The translations under genes were made by a program, and so were the position numbers. A DNA stretch of 64,000 bases from Alphaproteobacteria bacterium (lineage in GTDB: Bacteria; Pseudomonadota; Alphaproteobacteria; JAAXGF01). The notes under the pieces are model-generated. The model was not told where the DNA came from, made no database searches, and saw only the letters and a list, made by a program, of their open reading frames with translations. Positions within the stretch are counted from its first letter, which is position 1. Every line of letters starts with the position of its first letter. The DNA is taken from assembly GCA_963555825.3 (NCBI GenBank), contig CAUVXB020000001.1:1856001-1920000 (forward strand). Reading direction: 5' to 3'. Shown here one piece after another: positions 31,448 to 42,059 of this stretch.

Positions 31448-32796
31448 TCAAACAACGGAATACACCTTAACCGCGCTGCCAAACTGTCCAACAAAGTGGG
31501 ACCACCTCAGGGCGACTGACACGCGACGATGCTGTCGCGGTGACCGGCAAGGTCACCGACCGTAACTGGTACCGCATCGAGCACGAGGGAGAGACGGCCT
31601 ACATCTTCGGCACGCTGATCAAGGAAGTCGATCCCCGCGAGCTTGCGGCTTGGGAGAGAGTCGCCGACACTTCCGACCCCGCCAATTTTGAGGAGTTCCT
31701 CGCCGAATATTCCAGTGGAATGTTTGCGGAGAGAGCACGGGTAAGGCGTGATGAACTGGCCACATTACCATCATCATCCGCTGCCAACCCCGTTGACCTG
31801 GCGTTCTGGAATTCGGTTGAAGACAGCGTCGACCCAAAGGACTTGAACGCATACCTCTCTCAGTTTCCAAGCGGCGCTTTCGCCGTACTCGCTCGCAACC
31901 GACTAGAGAAGCTGAAGGAGAAACAAGTAGCAGTCGTTGCACCACCTCCGTCAACGATCCCCAGTACTCAGGCAACGCAGCCAGCAGTCGGGGTCTATCC
32001 AAAAACCTACAACCCGGGGGACACGTTCAAGGATTGTGACATTTGTCCCGAGATGGTGGTGATCCCGGCCGGCAGTTTTATGATGGGATCACCTTCCTAT
32101 GAGGAAGGGCGCGACAACGACGAAGGCCCTCAGCATCGTGTGACGATCCACCAGCCCTTTGCGGTCAGCAAGTACGAGATTACGTTCAGGCAGTGGGATG
32201 CTTGCCTCGCACTCGGAGGGTGCAATGGCTACTGGCCTGACGATAAAGGCTGGGGTAGGAGTAATCGCCCGGTGATCAACGTAAGCTGGAACGATGTACA
32301 AGCGTATCTTCTTTGGCTAAGCCGAACCATTGGGACCCAGTATCGGCTCTTGAGCGAAGTGGAATGGGAGTACGTGACGCGTGCGGATACGACGACACCA
32401 TTTCACTTCGGCTCGACGATCAGCGCCGACCAGGTGAACTACATGAACGTCCACGGCGAACATAAGACGGTGCCCGTGGGCAGTTTTCCGTCCAATGCCT
32501 TTGGTCTTAATGACGTGCACGGCAATGTATTCGAATGGGTTGGGGATTGTTGGAACAACTCGTATGCGCGGGCGCCCAGCGATGGTGCGGTGTGGACGAG
32601 GGGAGAATGCGGCAAGCGTGTGTTGCGCGGCGGCTCGTGGAGCAGCGAACCGACGCGCGTGCGCTCAGCGTATCGCCTCAGGGACGGGACAGCCATCCGG
32701 AGCTTCAACTACGGGTTCCGAGTTGCGAGAACGCTGCCATAAGACGGCTCAAGCAGCGTAGAAAATCACCCCCAGAAACGAATTTGAAGTGGACCT

Positions 32797-33096
32797 ATGA
32801 CGGATACCCTCACCTCCCTACTCGACCACGACCTCAGCGACGACTGCCCCATCTGCAGGGCGCAAGACGTTATCCAGATCGCCCTCCTCCCCGCCGCTGC
32901 AGCCTGGGAACTCAACAACGAACTCCCGCGCTTCTCCATCGCCCTTCACGGCGCGGCGGAACTCCTGGGGGCCATGCTCCTGGAGGGCGTGGAACGCAGC
33001 GACATCGACGCGGCGCTCGCGCGACTGCTCGACGACATCGAGGCGCGCATCGCGGAGGATCAGGTGATGGGCGGCCCGCCGAAGGGGAGCGCATAA
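32797..33096 (+). CDS. Hypothetical protein with CxxC
   Basis: Host-like codon usage; DDCPICR. Confidence 0.65.
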   Translation: MTDTLTSLLDHDLSDDCPICRAQDVIQIALLPAAAAWELNNELPRFSIALHGAAELLGAMLLEGVERSDIDAALARLLDDIEARIAEDQVMGGPPKGSA

Positions 33097-33307
33097 CAAC
33101 GGGCGCGGCGAGGCCGGCCGATCGGCGGCGCGCGGCAACGCCGCGCATGTGACGCATGTTTGGTCTCGCGGGTGCCGCCGCATCCGAATTGAGAACGGCA
33201 GAGCAATAATCCCCCACTGAAGCGGCCGGTCGATCCGACTGCGGCGGACCAAAATGGGACCGCGTATAGCCTTCTGTCAGGGTTGCTCTGACTGGAAGGC
33301 GGGGGGG

Positions 33308-34807
33308 ATGTATCGGGTGGAGTTGTACGCACGGGTTCGGCGGGCGTGTCATGTCGAGGGGATGAGCACCCGCGAGGCCTCGCGGGTGTTTGGTGTAGAC
33401 CGCAAGACGGTCCGTAAGATGCTGTCGTTCTCGGTGCCGCCAGGGTATCGCCGAAGCGCGCCGCCGAGGCGGCCAAAGCTGGGTCCGTTCACGGGAATCA
33501 TCGATCGGATCTTGGAAGACGATCGGACCAGCCACCGCAAGCAACGGCACACTGCGAAGCGCATCTTCGACCGCCTCCGGGACGAGTACGGTTTCACGGG
33601 CGGCTACACCATCGTGAAGGACTACGTTCGTGAGCAGGGGCTTCGGTCGCGTGAGGTGTTCGTGCCACTCTCCCATTCCCCCGGTCACGCCCAGGCGGAC
33701 TTCGGCGAAGCGATGGCGGTGATCGGCGGCGCGTTACGGAAGATCCACTTCCTTGCCTTCGACCTTCCCCACAGTGATGGTTGCTTTGTTGCGGCCTATC
33801 CGGCGGAGACGACCGAAGCATTCTGCGATGGCCACAACGCGGCGTTTGCCTTCTTCGGCGGCGTCCCCCGATCCATCCTGTACGACAACACCAAGCTGGC
33901 GGTTGCCCGGATCCTGGGCGATGGGAAGCGGCAGCGAACGCGCGTCTTCACGGAGCTTCAGTCCCACTATCTGTTCGAGGACAGGTTCGGCCGGCCGGGC
34001 AAGGGCAACGACAAGGGCAAGGTCGAGGGACTGGTCGGCTTCATCCGGCGGAACTTCCTGGTCCCCGTCCCGCGTGCCGAGAGCTTCGCGGCCCTCAACG
34101 ATGCTCTCGCCGAACAGTGCCGCCGGCGCCAGGCGGCGCGGCTGCGGGGCCACAAGGAGACCATCGGCGAGCGTCTCGAGCGGGATCGTCAAGTTCTCTT
34201 GCCATTGCCGCCTGCTCCCTATGATGCCTGCGATAAGCGCCCTGGACGGGCGAGTTCGCTGTCGCTGGTGCGTTACCGCAGCAACGACTATTCCGTGCCC
34301 GTGGCCTACGGCCACCGTGAGGTGCTCATCCGGGGCTACGTCGATGAGGTGGTGATCAGCTGCGGGGCCGAGGTGATCGCCCGGCACCGCCGGTCCTACG
34401 ACAGCGAGGACCTGATCTTCGACCCGCTGCATTACCTGCCCTTGATCGAGCAGAAGATCGGCGCCCTCGACCAGGCCGCGCCATTGGCGGGCTGGGACCT
34501 GCCCGAGGCCTTCATCACTCTGCGGCGGCTCCTCGAAGCTCGTATGGGCAAGGCAGGCAAGCGCGAGTACGTCCAGGTGCTCCGTCTACTGGAGACCTTC
34601 CGGCTCGAGGAGGTCGAGGGTGCGGTCGGCGACGCCCTGCGGCTCGGCGCAATCGGCTTTGATGCGGTGAAGCACCTGGTACTGTGCCGCATCGAGCGGC
34701 GGCCGCCCAGGCTCAACCTCGACGTCTATCCGTATCTGCCGCGCGCCCGGGTCGCGATGACGTCCGCCAAGTCGTACATGAGCCTGCTGTCGGGGCTCGG
34801 CGCATGA
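33308..34807 (+). CDS. istA: IS21 transposase IstA
   Basis: AQADFG, LYDNTK, DKGKVE. Confidence 0.93.
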   Translation: MYRVELYARVRRACHVEGMSTREASRVFGVDRKTVRKMLSFSVPPGYRRSAPPRRPKLGPFTGIIDRILEDDRTSHRKQRHTAKRIFDRLRDEYGFTGGYTIVKDYVREQGLRSREVFVPLSHSPGHAQADFGEAMAVIGGALRKIHFLAFDLPHSDGCFVAAYPAETTEAFCDGHNAAFAFFGGVPRSILYDNTKLAVARILGDGKRQRTRVFTELQSHYLFEDRFGRPGKGNDKGKVEGLVGFIRRNFLVPVPRAESFAALNDALAEQCRRRQAARLRGHKETIGERLERDRQVLLPLPPAPYDACDKRPGRASSLSLVRYRSNDYSVPVAYGHREVLIRGYVDEVVISCGAEVIARHRRSYDSEDLIFDPLHYLPLIEQKIGALDQAAPLAGWDLPEAFITLRRLLEARMGKAGKREYVQVLRLLETFRLEEVEGAVGDALRLGAIGFDAVKHLVLCRIERRPPRLNLDVYPYLPRARVAMTSAKSYMSLLSGLGA

Positions 34808-35568
34808 CCGACACACCGCAAGTGCTGCTCGCCCACCACCTCAAGACGCTGAAGCTGCCGACCTTCCTGCGCGAGTACGACAAGATCGCCCGGCAGTGCG
34901 CCTCGGAAGGCGTCGATCACGTCCGCTACCTGTTGAGACTCGCCGAGCTCGAGCTGATCGACCGCGAGCGCCGCATGGTCGAGCGGCGCATCAAGGCGGC
35001 GCGCTTCCCCGTGGTCAAGAGCCTCGACAGCTTCGACTTCAAGGTCATCCCCTCGCTCAACAAGGCGCTGGTCCTGGAGCTGGCCCGCTGCGAGTACATC
35101 GAGCGCCGCGAGAACCTCATCGCGCTCGGCAACAGTGGGACCGGCAAGACCCACATCGCCCTCGGTCTCGGCCTGGCGGCCTGCCAGAAGGGCCTCTCGG
35201 TCGGCTTCATCACCGCCGCCGCGCTGGTCCACGAACTCATCGAGGCCCGCGATGACAAGCAGCTGCTGAGGTTCCAGAAGAAGCTCGCCACCTACAAGCT
35301 TCTGATCGTCGACGAACTCGGCTTCGTGCCGCTGTCGAAGACCGGCGCCGAGCTGTTGTTCGAGGTGTTCAGCCAACGCTACGAGCGGGGCTCGACCCTG
35401 GTCACCACCAATCTGCCCTTCGACGAATGGACCGAGGTGTTCGGCTCCGAGCGCCTCACCGGCGCGCTCCTCGATCGCCTCACCCACCACGTCAACATCC
35501 TCGAGATGAACGGTGACAGCTACAGGCTCAACCAGAGCCGCAGGCGTCAAACCCCGACTGCTAACTGA
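34804..35568 (+). CDS. istB: IS21 helper ATPase IstB
   Basis: GNSGTGKT, LIVDELG, LLDRLTHH. Confidence 0.93.
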   Translation: MTDTPQVLLAHHLKTLKLPTFLREYDKIARQCASEGVDHVRYLLRLAELELIDRERRMVERRIKAARFPVVKSLDSFDFKVIPSLNKALVLELARCEYIERRENLIALGNSGTGKTHIALGLGLAACQKGLSVGFITAAALVHELIEARDDKQLLRFQKKLATYKLLIVDELGFVPLSKTGAELLFEVFSQRYERGSTLVTTNLPFDEWTEVFGSERLTGALLDRLTHHVNILEMNGDSYRLNQSRRRQTPTAN

Positions 35569-36116
35569 ACCGACCACCCAGCCCACGCTTGACCCCGTGG
35601 GCCCACAGGTCCCTCCCGCGCGCGCCGCCGCGTCAGCCTGTTGAGGGCACGCCGCGTCGCGCGCGGGGCCCTCCCGTGGACTACGGGGACAAGCCCGCAG
35701 CCGCCAAGCGGTCCCTTCTTACACCGCCGAGGTGGTCCCTTTTTGCTCCGCCATTGACACCGAATTACAAACCGGCGGCGCCGCGCCGACCGAGGGCGCC
35801 CGACGCGCGGCGCGCGCGATACTCTCGTTGTCACCGCGCGAGACGGGCGATCCAACCTGCGGGGTAATACCGGCGGTCATCATGAGTAACTCATTATGAC
35901 CGCCGGCAAGCGCGACCGCGCGCCGCCGCCTATGCGGCGTGAGGCTGCGTGCCGATTGAGCGCCCATCGGTCATTCTTAATGACCGATGGCATAAGTCGC
36001 CGATAGGGATGAATAATGGTGCCCCGGGGCCGCTCCCTCCGGGGGATTTTTTGCCTCAAAGCCCTCCCCCCCCCCCCCGGAGGGCTTTGCCGGCCATGCG
36101 GCCGACCGGCAAAAAA

Positions 36117-36192
<76 letters not shown>

Positions 36193-36256
36193 CTCGCTCT
36201 GGACCCCGGCTTATACAGGGAAAACTTCGCCGCTGTCCAGCGCGCGTGGCGCGCGG

Positions 36257-36466
36257 TCAATCGGTCTCCGAATCGTCGTCGAAAATCAGCCCGCGGGCGT
36301 GGTCGCCCGGGATCGCGTAGCGGCCCCCGAGCCAGCCGGCGAGGTCGTCGTCGGCGCAGTGGCGCGAGCAGAACGGCGCGTACTCCGCCGCCATCGGGTG
36401 GCCGCACATCGGGCAGCGGGCCTTGCCTGATTGGCTCGCTCGGGTGGGGTTGTCGCGTGTCGCCAT
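36257..36466 (-). CDS. yacG: DNA gyrase inhibitor YacG
   Basis: CPMCG...PFCSRHC..DL..W...Y.IP. Confidence 0.9.
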   Translation of the reverse strand: MATRDNPTRASQSGKARCPMCGHPMAAEYAPFCSRHCADDDLAGWLGGRYAIPGDHARGLIFDDDSETD

Positions 36467-36470
36467 GGGC

Positions 36471-37913
36471 TCAACCGTATACCACGTCGTGGCCCTCGCG
36501 CGCGAGGGCGGTGTCGGCCCGAAGCTCGACCTCACGGCCGGTCGCATCGCCCAAGGCGGCGATCGCGCGGTTGCCCGGCCGCGCGAGTTCGGCTTCGATC
36601 TCGGGTGCGACGGCGAGCGTGATCCGGCCGGGCGCCGCGTGCAGCGCGTCGCGCGCCACCCGGCGGACGATGTCGAGCGCCACCGTCTCGGCCGATTTCA
36701 AGCCGTGGCGGGCGCCGCACTTGGGACAGGGCGCGCCGATCGTCTCGATGAGCGTCGGGCGCTCGCGCCGGCGCGTCATCTCGACCAGGCCGAGGTGGGT
36801 GAAGCCGCCCGGCGGCGCCGCGGCGCGGTCGCCGGCGAGCGCCGCGCGCAGCGCGTCGAGCACTTGGCTCTGCTGGTCGTCGCGTTTCAAATGGGCAAAG
36901 TCGATGACGATCAGCCCGCCAATCGCGCGCAGCCGCAACTGGCGGGGGATCTCCTCGGCCGCTTCGAGATTGACGTGCAACAGCGCCTCGCCGCCGCCGC
37001 TGGCGCCGCGCGTGTCGACATCGACGGCCGTGAGCGCCTCGGTTTCGTCGATCACCAGCCGGCCGCCCGACGGCAGCGCGACGGTTCGACCGAGTGCCTC
37101 CTCGAGCGCCGCCTCGACGCCGAATCGCTCGAAGATCGGCGCATCCTCGCGGTAGGCCTGGAGCGTGTCCGACAGCTCGGACAGCAGCTCGGCACAAAAC
37201 CGTCGGACATCGGTCAGGACGGCGACCGAATCGACGTGGACTTGCGCCAACCCGGCGTCGCCGTGATCGCGCAGGCAGCGCAGCACCGGATCGAGGTCGC
37301 GCTGCAGCAGCGCCGGCGCCTGGGCGCCCCTGCGCCGCGATTGGATCGCTGTCCAACGGGCGCGCAACAATGCCGCCTCGCGCGCAAATTCGGCGGCCTC
37401 GACATCGGCGGCCGCGGTGCGCACGATGTAGCCTTCGCCCGGTTCTGCGAGGCCGCCGACGATCTCGCCGAGCCGCGCGCGCAGCGCCTCGTCCTCGATG
37501 CGCCGCGAGATGCTGACCCGCCCCTGCCCCGGTGCCAGCACGAGCCGGCGGCCGGCGAACATCGGCCGCATGGTCAGCCGCGCGCCCTTGTCGCCAGCGG
37601 CGTCGCGCTGGACCTGGACGAGCACCGCCTCGCCCTCATGGACCAGCGCGCCGATCGGCTGCGTCGGGCTATCCGGGTCGGTCCGCGCATCGGCGCCGTT
37701 GAGGAAGCCGTCTCGCCCGGCGCCGATGTCGACGAAGGCGGCCTGAATGCCGGCGACGATACGCACCACGCGGCCGAGATAGACGTTGCCGACCAGGCTC
37801 TCGTTGCCGGCGCGGTGGTGCAGCACCTCGACGGTACGGTCGCCCGAAAGCAGCGCGATCCGCGTCTCGCCCGGCGAGACGTTGACGACGCAGGTATCCG
37901 CGGCCCCGGTCAT
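36471..37913 (-). CDS. rng: Ribonuclease E/G family protein
   Basis: GNVYLGRV, AAFVDIG, EALTAVDVDT, GGLIVIDF, GLVEMTR. Confidence 0.9.
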   Translation of the reverse strand: MTGAADTCVVNVSPGETRIALLSGDRTVEVLHHRAGNESLVGNVYLGRVVRIVAGIQAAFVDIGAGRDGFLNGADARTDPDSPTQPIGALVHEGEAVLVQVQRDAAGDKGARLTMRPMFAGRRLVLAPGQGRVSISRRIEDEALRARLGEIVGGLAEPGEGYIVRTAAADVEAAEFAREAALLRARWTAIQSRRRGAQAPALLQRDLDPVLRCLRDHGDAGLAQVHVDSVAVLTDVRRFCAELLSELSDTLQAYREDAPIFERFGVEAALEEALGRTVALPSGGRLVIDETEALTAVDVDTRGASGGGEALLHVNLEAAEEIPRQLRLRAIGGLIVIDFAHLKRDDQQSQVLDALRAALAGDRAAAPPGGFTHLGLVEMTRRRERPTLIETIGAPCPKCGARHGLKSAETVALDIVRRVARDALHAAPGRITLAVAPEIEAELARPGNRAIAALGDATGREVELRADTALAREGHDVVYG

Positions 37914-38509
37914 GTCACGACAGGCCGGACACCGGCGGCGGCGAGCAGCGCCGCGGCCTCGACGGCCGGCAGGCCGACGACGCCGGTGTAGGAACCGTTG
38001 ATCCAGCGCACCAGCGCCGCGGCGCGCCCCTGGATGGCGTAGCCGCCGGCCTTGCCCTGCCACTCGCCGCTCACCAGGTAGTCGTCGATCTCGCGCCGGT
38101 CGAGCCGTTTGAACATGACCCGCGTGGCGACCAGCCGGCTGTGCTCGGTACCGCCCGCGTCGATCACGCAGATGCCGCTGTAGACCGTATGGCGGCGCCC
38201 CGAGAGCATATCGAGACAGCGCCTGGCGGCCTCGTCATCCTCGGCCTTGGGCAGGATGCGCCGGCCGCAGGCGACGACGGTGTCGGCGCCGAGCACGACC
38301 GAGCCGGCGTGTCGCGCGGCGACCGTGCGCGCCTTCTCACACGCGAGCCGAATTGCGAGCCGGCGCGGCGTTTCTTGCGGACGCGGGGTTTCGTTGGGGC
38401 CGGCCGGATCGACGAGATCGGGCTCATACCCGATCTGGCCGAGGATCGCGAGCCGGCGCGGCGATGCCGAGGCCAGGACGAAGCGCGGGACGCTTTGGCC
38501 GTCTGGCAT
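37910..38509 (-). CDS. maf: Maf nucleotide pyrophosphatase
   Basis: LASASPRR, GADTVV, GKAGGYAIQG. Confidence 0.95.
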   Translation of the reverse strand: MPDGQSVPRFVLASASPRRLAILGQIGYEPDLVDPAGPNETPRPQETPRRLAIRLACEKARTVAARHAGSVVLGADTVVACGRRILPKAEDDEAARRCLDMLSGRRHTVYSGICVIDAGGTEHSRLVATRVMFKRLDRREIDDYLVSGEWQGKAGGYAIQGRAAALVRWINGSYTGVVGLPAVEAAALLAAAGVRPVVT

Positions 38510-38521
38510 GGCGCAGCGGAC

Positions 38522-38740
38522 TTACTTGTAGCGGAAGGTGATCCGGCCCTTGGTCAGATCATAGGGCGTCAACTCGACGGTCACGCGATCGCCGGCGAGC
38601 ACGCGAATACGGTGCTTGCGCATTTTGCCGGCGGTATGGGCAAGAATTTCGTGGTCGTTGTCGAGCTTGACGCGGAACATCGCGTTGGGCAGTCGTTCGG
38701 TCACAACGCCCGGAAATTCGAGTACGTCTTCTTTGGCCAT
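38522..38740 (-). CDS. infA: Translation initiation factor IF-1
   Basis: MAKED...LPNAMFRV...[12 protein letters not shown]. Confidence 0.98.
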   Translation of the reverse strand: MAKEDVLEFPGVVTERLPNAMFRVKLDNDHEILAHTAGKMRKHRIRVLAGDRVTVELTPYDLTKGRITFRYK

Positions 38741-38833
38741 GGCTCCTCGGCTAAGTGTTGGGCTGGCAGGAACATGATGAGAAACGCGTGCTGCGTCAAG
38801 GTGTTTGGCGCTTTCCGTGGTTGCGCGTCGTGC

Positions 38834-39277
38834 TCAAACGACGGGCGGCGGGGCCGGCGTGAAGCGCTCCTTGATGCGCTTCATGAGCTGATCGCGCACC
38901 TGGCGGTAGGCGTCCAGTCGGGTCTCGCGGTTGCCTTCGACGATCGACGGGTCGAAGGTCGCCCAGAACTCGACCTCGCAGGCCATGGTGCGGGTCATTT
39001 CGATGGCGCGGTGCTGGGCAGCGGGCGCCAGCGTGATGACCAGATCGTAGCTGTCGTCATCGAGGTCGTCGAAGGTCTTCGGGTAATGGCGGCTGAGATC
39101 GATGCCGATCTCGTCCATCACGGCGACCGTGAAGGGGTCGACCTCCTGCTTCCGGACGCCGACCGAATCGACGTAGACTTGGCGGCCGAACAGGAATTTC
39201 ATGATGCCCTCGGCCATCGGCGAGCGCACCGAGTTCATGCCGCAGGCGAACAGCACGGCATGGGGGAGATCGCCCAT
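38834..39277 (-). CDS. Low-molecular-weight phosphatase / ArsC-family protein
   Basis: LFACGMNSVRSPMAE. Confidence 0.88.
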   Translation of the reverse strand: MGDLPHAVLFACGMNSVRSPMAEGIMKFLFGRQVYVDSVGVRKQEVDPFTVAVMDEIGIDLSRHYPKTFDDLDDDSYDLVITLAPAAQHRAIEMTRTMACEVEFWATFDPSIVEGNRETRLDAYRQVRDQLMKRIKERFTPAPPPVV

Positions 39278-39281
39278 CGCC

Positions 39282-39555
39282 TTAACCCGGCGTTCTGACC
39301 ATGGACAGGCGCGTCTTCGCGTCGGGCGGTCGCCGAGCCGCTAGGAGAAGGCCGCGGAGCGTAGCCTGGGCTACGGTCAAGGCCTTCGACGACGCGCACG
39401 CCCCGCCCGGCGCGACCCGAAGGGCGGCGGATCTCGAACGACAGGCCGCGTCAAAACGCTTGCCCGATGCGCAAGCATCGCGCTGCACGCCTTTCCTAGC
39501 CTGTCGTCCGATATCCGCCGTGCCGCACCTGTCCATGGTCAGAACTCCGGGCTAA
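39282..39555. mobile_element. 274-bp MITE-like element with 28-bp terminal inverted repeats
   Basis: ttaacccggcgttctgaccatggacagg ... cctgtccatggtcagaactccgggctaa (26/28 match); related copy at 11410-11500. Confidence 0.8.
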
Positions 39556-40040
39556 CCGCGGATGTGCAGGACGCACAGCAGGGTGAACAGCCGGCGCGCG
39601 GTGGGAAAGTCGATGTCCACCTTGTCGGCCAGCCGTTCGCGCAACAGCTCCGAGCCCTCGTCGTGCAGGCCTCGGCGTCCCATGTCGATGGCCTCGATGC
39701 GTGACGGGCTGGCGGTTTTGATCGCCTCGAAGTAGCTCTCGCAGACCGTGAAGTAGTCCTTGATCAGGCGCCTGAACGGCGTGATCGGCAGCGGCAATTT
39801 GTCGAGCGGCGCGTCTTCGGTGTCGTTGATCTCGAGGATCAGCCGCCCCTCCTCGATCGAGAGGCGCAGGTGGTACGGACCGTCGCCGCAGCGCTTGGGC
39901 GCGAAGTGGTTGTCTTCCAGGAGATCGAAGATGGCGACGCGGCGCTCGTGCTCGATCTCGGGATTGCGGCGGACGACCGTGCGCTCGTCGAGCGTCAGGT
40001 CGACGATCTTGTGGCTGTCGTTAGCCGCCGCTTCGGCCAC
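39552..40040 (-). CDS. UPF0262 family protein
   Basis: EHERRVAIFDLLE, IEAIDMGRRGLH, TARRLFTL. Confidence 0.92.
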   Translation of the reverse strand: MAEAAANDSHKIVDLTLDERTVVRRNPEIEHERRVAIFDLLEDNHFAPKRCGDGPYHLRLSIEEGRLILEINDTEDAPLDKLPLPITPFRRLIKDYFTVCESYFEAIKTASPSRIEAIDMGRRGLHDEGSELLRERLADKVDIDFPTARRLFTLLCVLHIRG

Positions 40041-40045
40041 CGCGC

Positions 40046-41350
40046 CTAGTCCTTGCTTTCCAGGCCGAGGCGAAGCGCGACCGAGCGCGCGTGCGCGCCG
40101 AGCCCCTCGGCCTCGGCGAGCCTGATCGCGGCGGGACCGACACGGGCAAGGCTCGCGGCGTCGCAGCCGATGATCGAGCTGCGCTTGAGAAAATTGTGCA
40201 CCGACAGGCCCGACGAAAAACGCGCGCCGCGCTCGGTGGGCAGCACGTGGTTCGGGCCGGCGACGTAATCACCGATCGCCTCGGGCGTATAGCGGCCAAG
40301 GAAGATGGCGCCCGCATGCCTTACCTTGGCGGCGAGCGCGTCAGGCTCGGCGACGGCGAGCGCGAGGTGCTCGGGCGCCAAGCGATCGATCAAGGGCGCC
40401 GCGTCGGTGATGCGTGCGACGCACAGGATCGCGCCGTTGTCGCGCCAGCTCGCGCGTGCGATGTCGGCGCGTTCGAGCCCGTCCAGCTGGCGATCGACCG
40501 CGGCCTCGACGGCGTCGGCGAGGGCCGTGTCATCGGTGATCAGGATCGACCGCGCCGCGCTGTCGTGCTCGGCTTGCGCCAGGAGGTCGGCGGCGATCCA
40601 TTCGGGATCGTTGGCGGTGTCCGCGACGACGACGATCTCCGACGGCCCGGCGATGGCGTCGATGCCGACGACGCCGAAGAGCTGGCGCTTGGCCGCCGCG
40701 ACATAAGCGTTGCCGGGCCCGACGATCACATCGACCGCATCGACCGCCGCGGTGCCCAGCGCGAGCGCGGCGATTGCCTGCGCACCGCCGACGCGCAGGA
40801 TGCGATCGATCCCGGCGAGGCGCGCCGCGGCCAGCGCCGCCGGGTTGAGCGTACCGCCGGGCGTCGGCATCGCCATGACGATGCGGCCGACGCCGGCGAC
40901 CTTGGCGGGCAGCACGGTCATCAACACCGAGGACGGGTAGGCCGCCGTGCCGCCCGGCACGTAGACGCCCGCGGCGTCGACCGGCGTCCAACGCGCGCCG
41001 AGGCGCAGGCCGGCCTCGTCGCGATAGTCGATATCTTCCGGCATTTGGCGGCGGTGATGATCCTCGATGCGCCGCGCGGCGAATTCGAGGGCGGCCACGG
41101 TATCGGCCGGACAGTCGTCCGCCGCGGCATCGATCTCGTCGGCGCCGATGAACAATCGATCGGCGTCCAGCTCGACCCGATCGAAGCGCCGCGTCAGCTC
41201 GATCAGCGCGGCGTCGCCGCGTTTGCGTACGTCGTCGATGATCTCGGCCACAACGCCGGCGACGTCCGCGTCGCGCCCGCGCGCCGTCGTGACGATGGCC
41301 GCGAACGCCGCTTCGAAACCGGTGTCGCCGGCGTCCAGCCTACGCGCCAT
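40046..41350 (-). CDS. hisD: Histidinol dehydrogenase
   Basis: [35 protein letters not shown]. Confidence 0.96.
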   Translation of the reverse strand: MARRLDAGDTGFEAAFAAIVTTARGRDADVAGVVAEIIDDVRKRGDAALIELTRRFDRVELDADRLFIGADEIDAAADDCPADTVAALEFAARRIEDHHRRQMPEDIDYRDEAGLRLGARWTPVDAAGVYVPGGTAAYPSSVLMTVLPAKVAGVGRIVMAMPTPGGTLNPAALAAARLAGIDRILRVGGAQAIAALALGTAAVDAVDVIVGPGNAYVAAAKRQLFGVVGIDAIAGPSEIVVVADTANDPEWIAADLLAQAEHDSAARSILITDDTALADAVEAAVDRQLDGLERADIARASWRDNGAILCVARITDAAPLIDRLAPEHLALAVAEPDALAAKVRHAGAIFLGRYTPEAIGDYVAGPNHVLPTERGARFSSGLSVHNFLKRSSIIGCDAASLARVGPAAIRLAEAEGLGAHARSVALRLGLESKD

Positions 41351-42044
41351 CGATGACCTGCCGGAGCCGCTCGATCCAGCCACCGATCGCCTCGGGGCGT
41401 GTCTTCAACGCGGCCCGGTTGACGATCAGGCAGGCGGTGACGTCGGCGATATGCTCAACCTCGACGAGGCCGTTGGCGGCAAGCGTCTCGCCAGTCGCGA
41501 CCAGATCGACGATGCGCCGGCACAAGCCGAGCGACGGCGCGAGTTCCATCGCCCCCGACAGCTTGACGCATTCGGCCTGTACGCCGCGCGCGGCAAAATG
41601 GCGCTGCGTGATGACCGGGTACTTGGTCGCGACCCGAACATGGCTCCAACGCGCCGGATCATCGTCGGGCGCCATTTCGGCCGGCTCGGCGACGACCAGG
41701 CGGCAGCGCGCGACACCGAGGTCGAGCGGCGCGTATATTTCCGGATAGTCGAACTCCATCAACACGTCACGCCCGGCGATGCCGAGCTGGGCGGCGCCGA
41801 AGGCGACGAAGGTCGCGACATCGAAACTGCGCACGCGAACGATCGAGATATGCGCGTGGTTGGTGGCGAAGCGCAGTTGGCGGGCATCAGCGTCGTCGAA
41901 GGCCGCCTCCGGCGTGATACCGGCACGCGCCAGGAGCGGCATGACCTGGTCGGTCACGCGGCCCTTGGGCACGGCGATGACAAGGCGGTCGGTCGACGCG
42001 GCGGACACCGCCTCGTTGCCGGATGTGGGGACTGGCTCGGGCAT
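41340..42044 (-). CDS. hisG: ATP phosphoribosyltransferase, short (HisZ-dependent) form
   Basis: [27 protein letters not shown]. Confidence 0.95.
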   Translation of the reverse strand: MPEPVPTSGNEAVSAASTDRLVIAVPKGRVTDQVMPLLARAGITPEAAFDDADARQLRFATNHAHISIVRVRSFDVATFVAFGAAQLGIAGRDVLMEFDYPEIYAPLDLGVARCRLVVAEPAEMAPDDDPARWSHVRVATKYPVITQRHFAARGVQAECVKLSGAMELAPSLGLCRRIVDLVATGETLAANGLVEVEHIADVTACLIVNRAALKTRPEAIGGWIERLRQVIDGA

Positions 42045-42059
42045 GAGACGGATCGGCCG

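Larger units (their letters stand above)
29009..31509 (+). mobile_element. IS3-family element carrying a nested IS630
   Basis: IRs tgaggtggtccc / gggaccacctca; GGG duplication at 29006-29008 and 31510-31512. Confidence 0.92.
27926..32742 (+). pseudogene. Secreted caspase-family (C14) + SH3-like + FGE/SUMF1 protein split by IS3
   Basis: YYAGHG / ILDACR dyad; rejoined frame ...AERVGRLTRDDAVAVTGKV..NWYRI; CPEMVVIPAG, RLLSEVEWEY, RGGSW, GFRVAR; 770 aa when rebuilt. Confidence 0.9.
33190..35759 (+). mobile_element. IS21-family element
   Basis: TG...CA ends with internal repeats; TSD ccgaat at 33184-33189 and 35760-35765. Confidence 0.92.

Noticed and set aside
39282-39555. Two 84-aa ORFs on opposite strands with similar ends
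   Set aside because: They are a by-product of the element's terminal inverted repeats.
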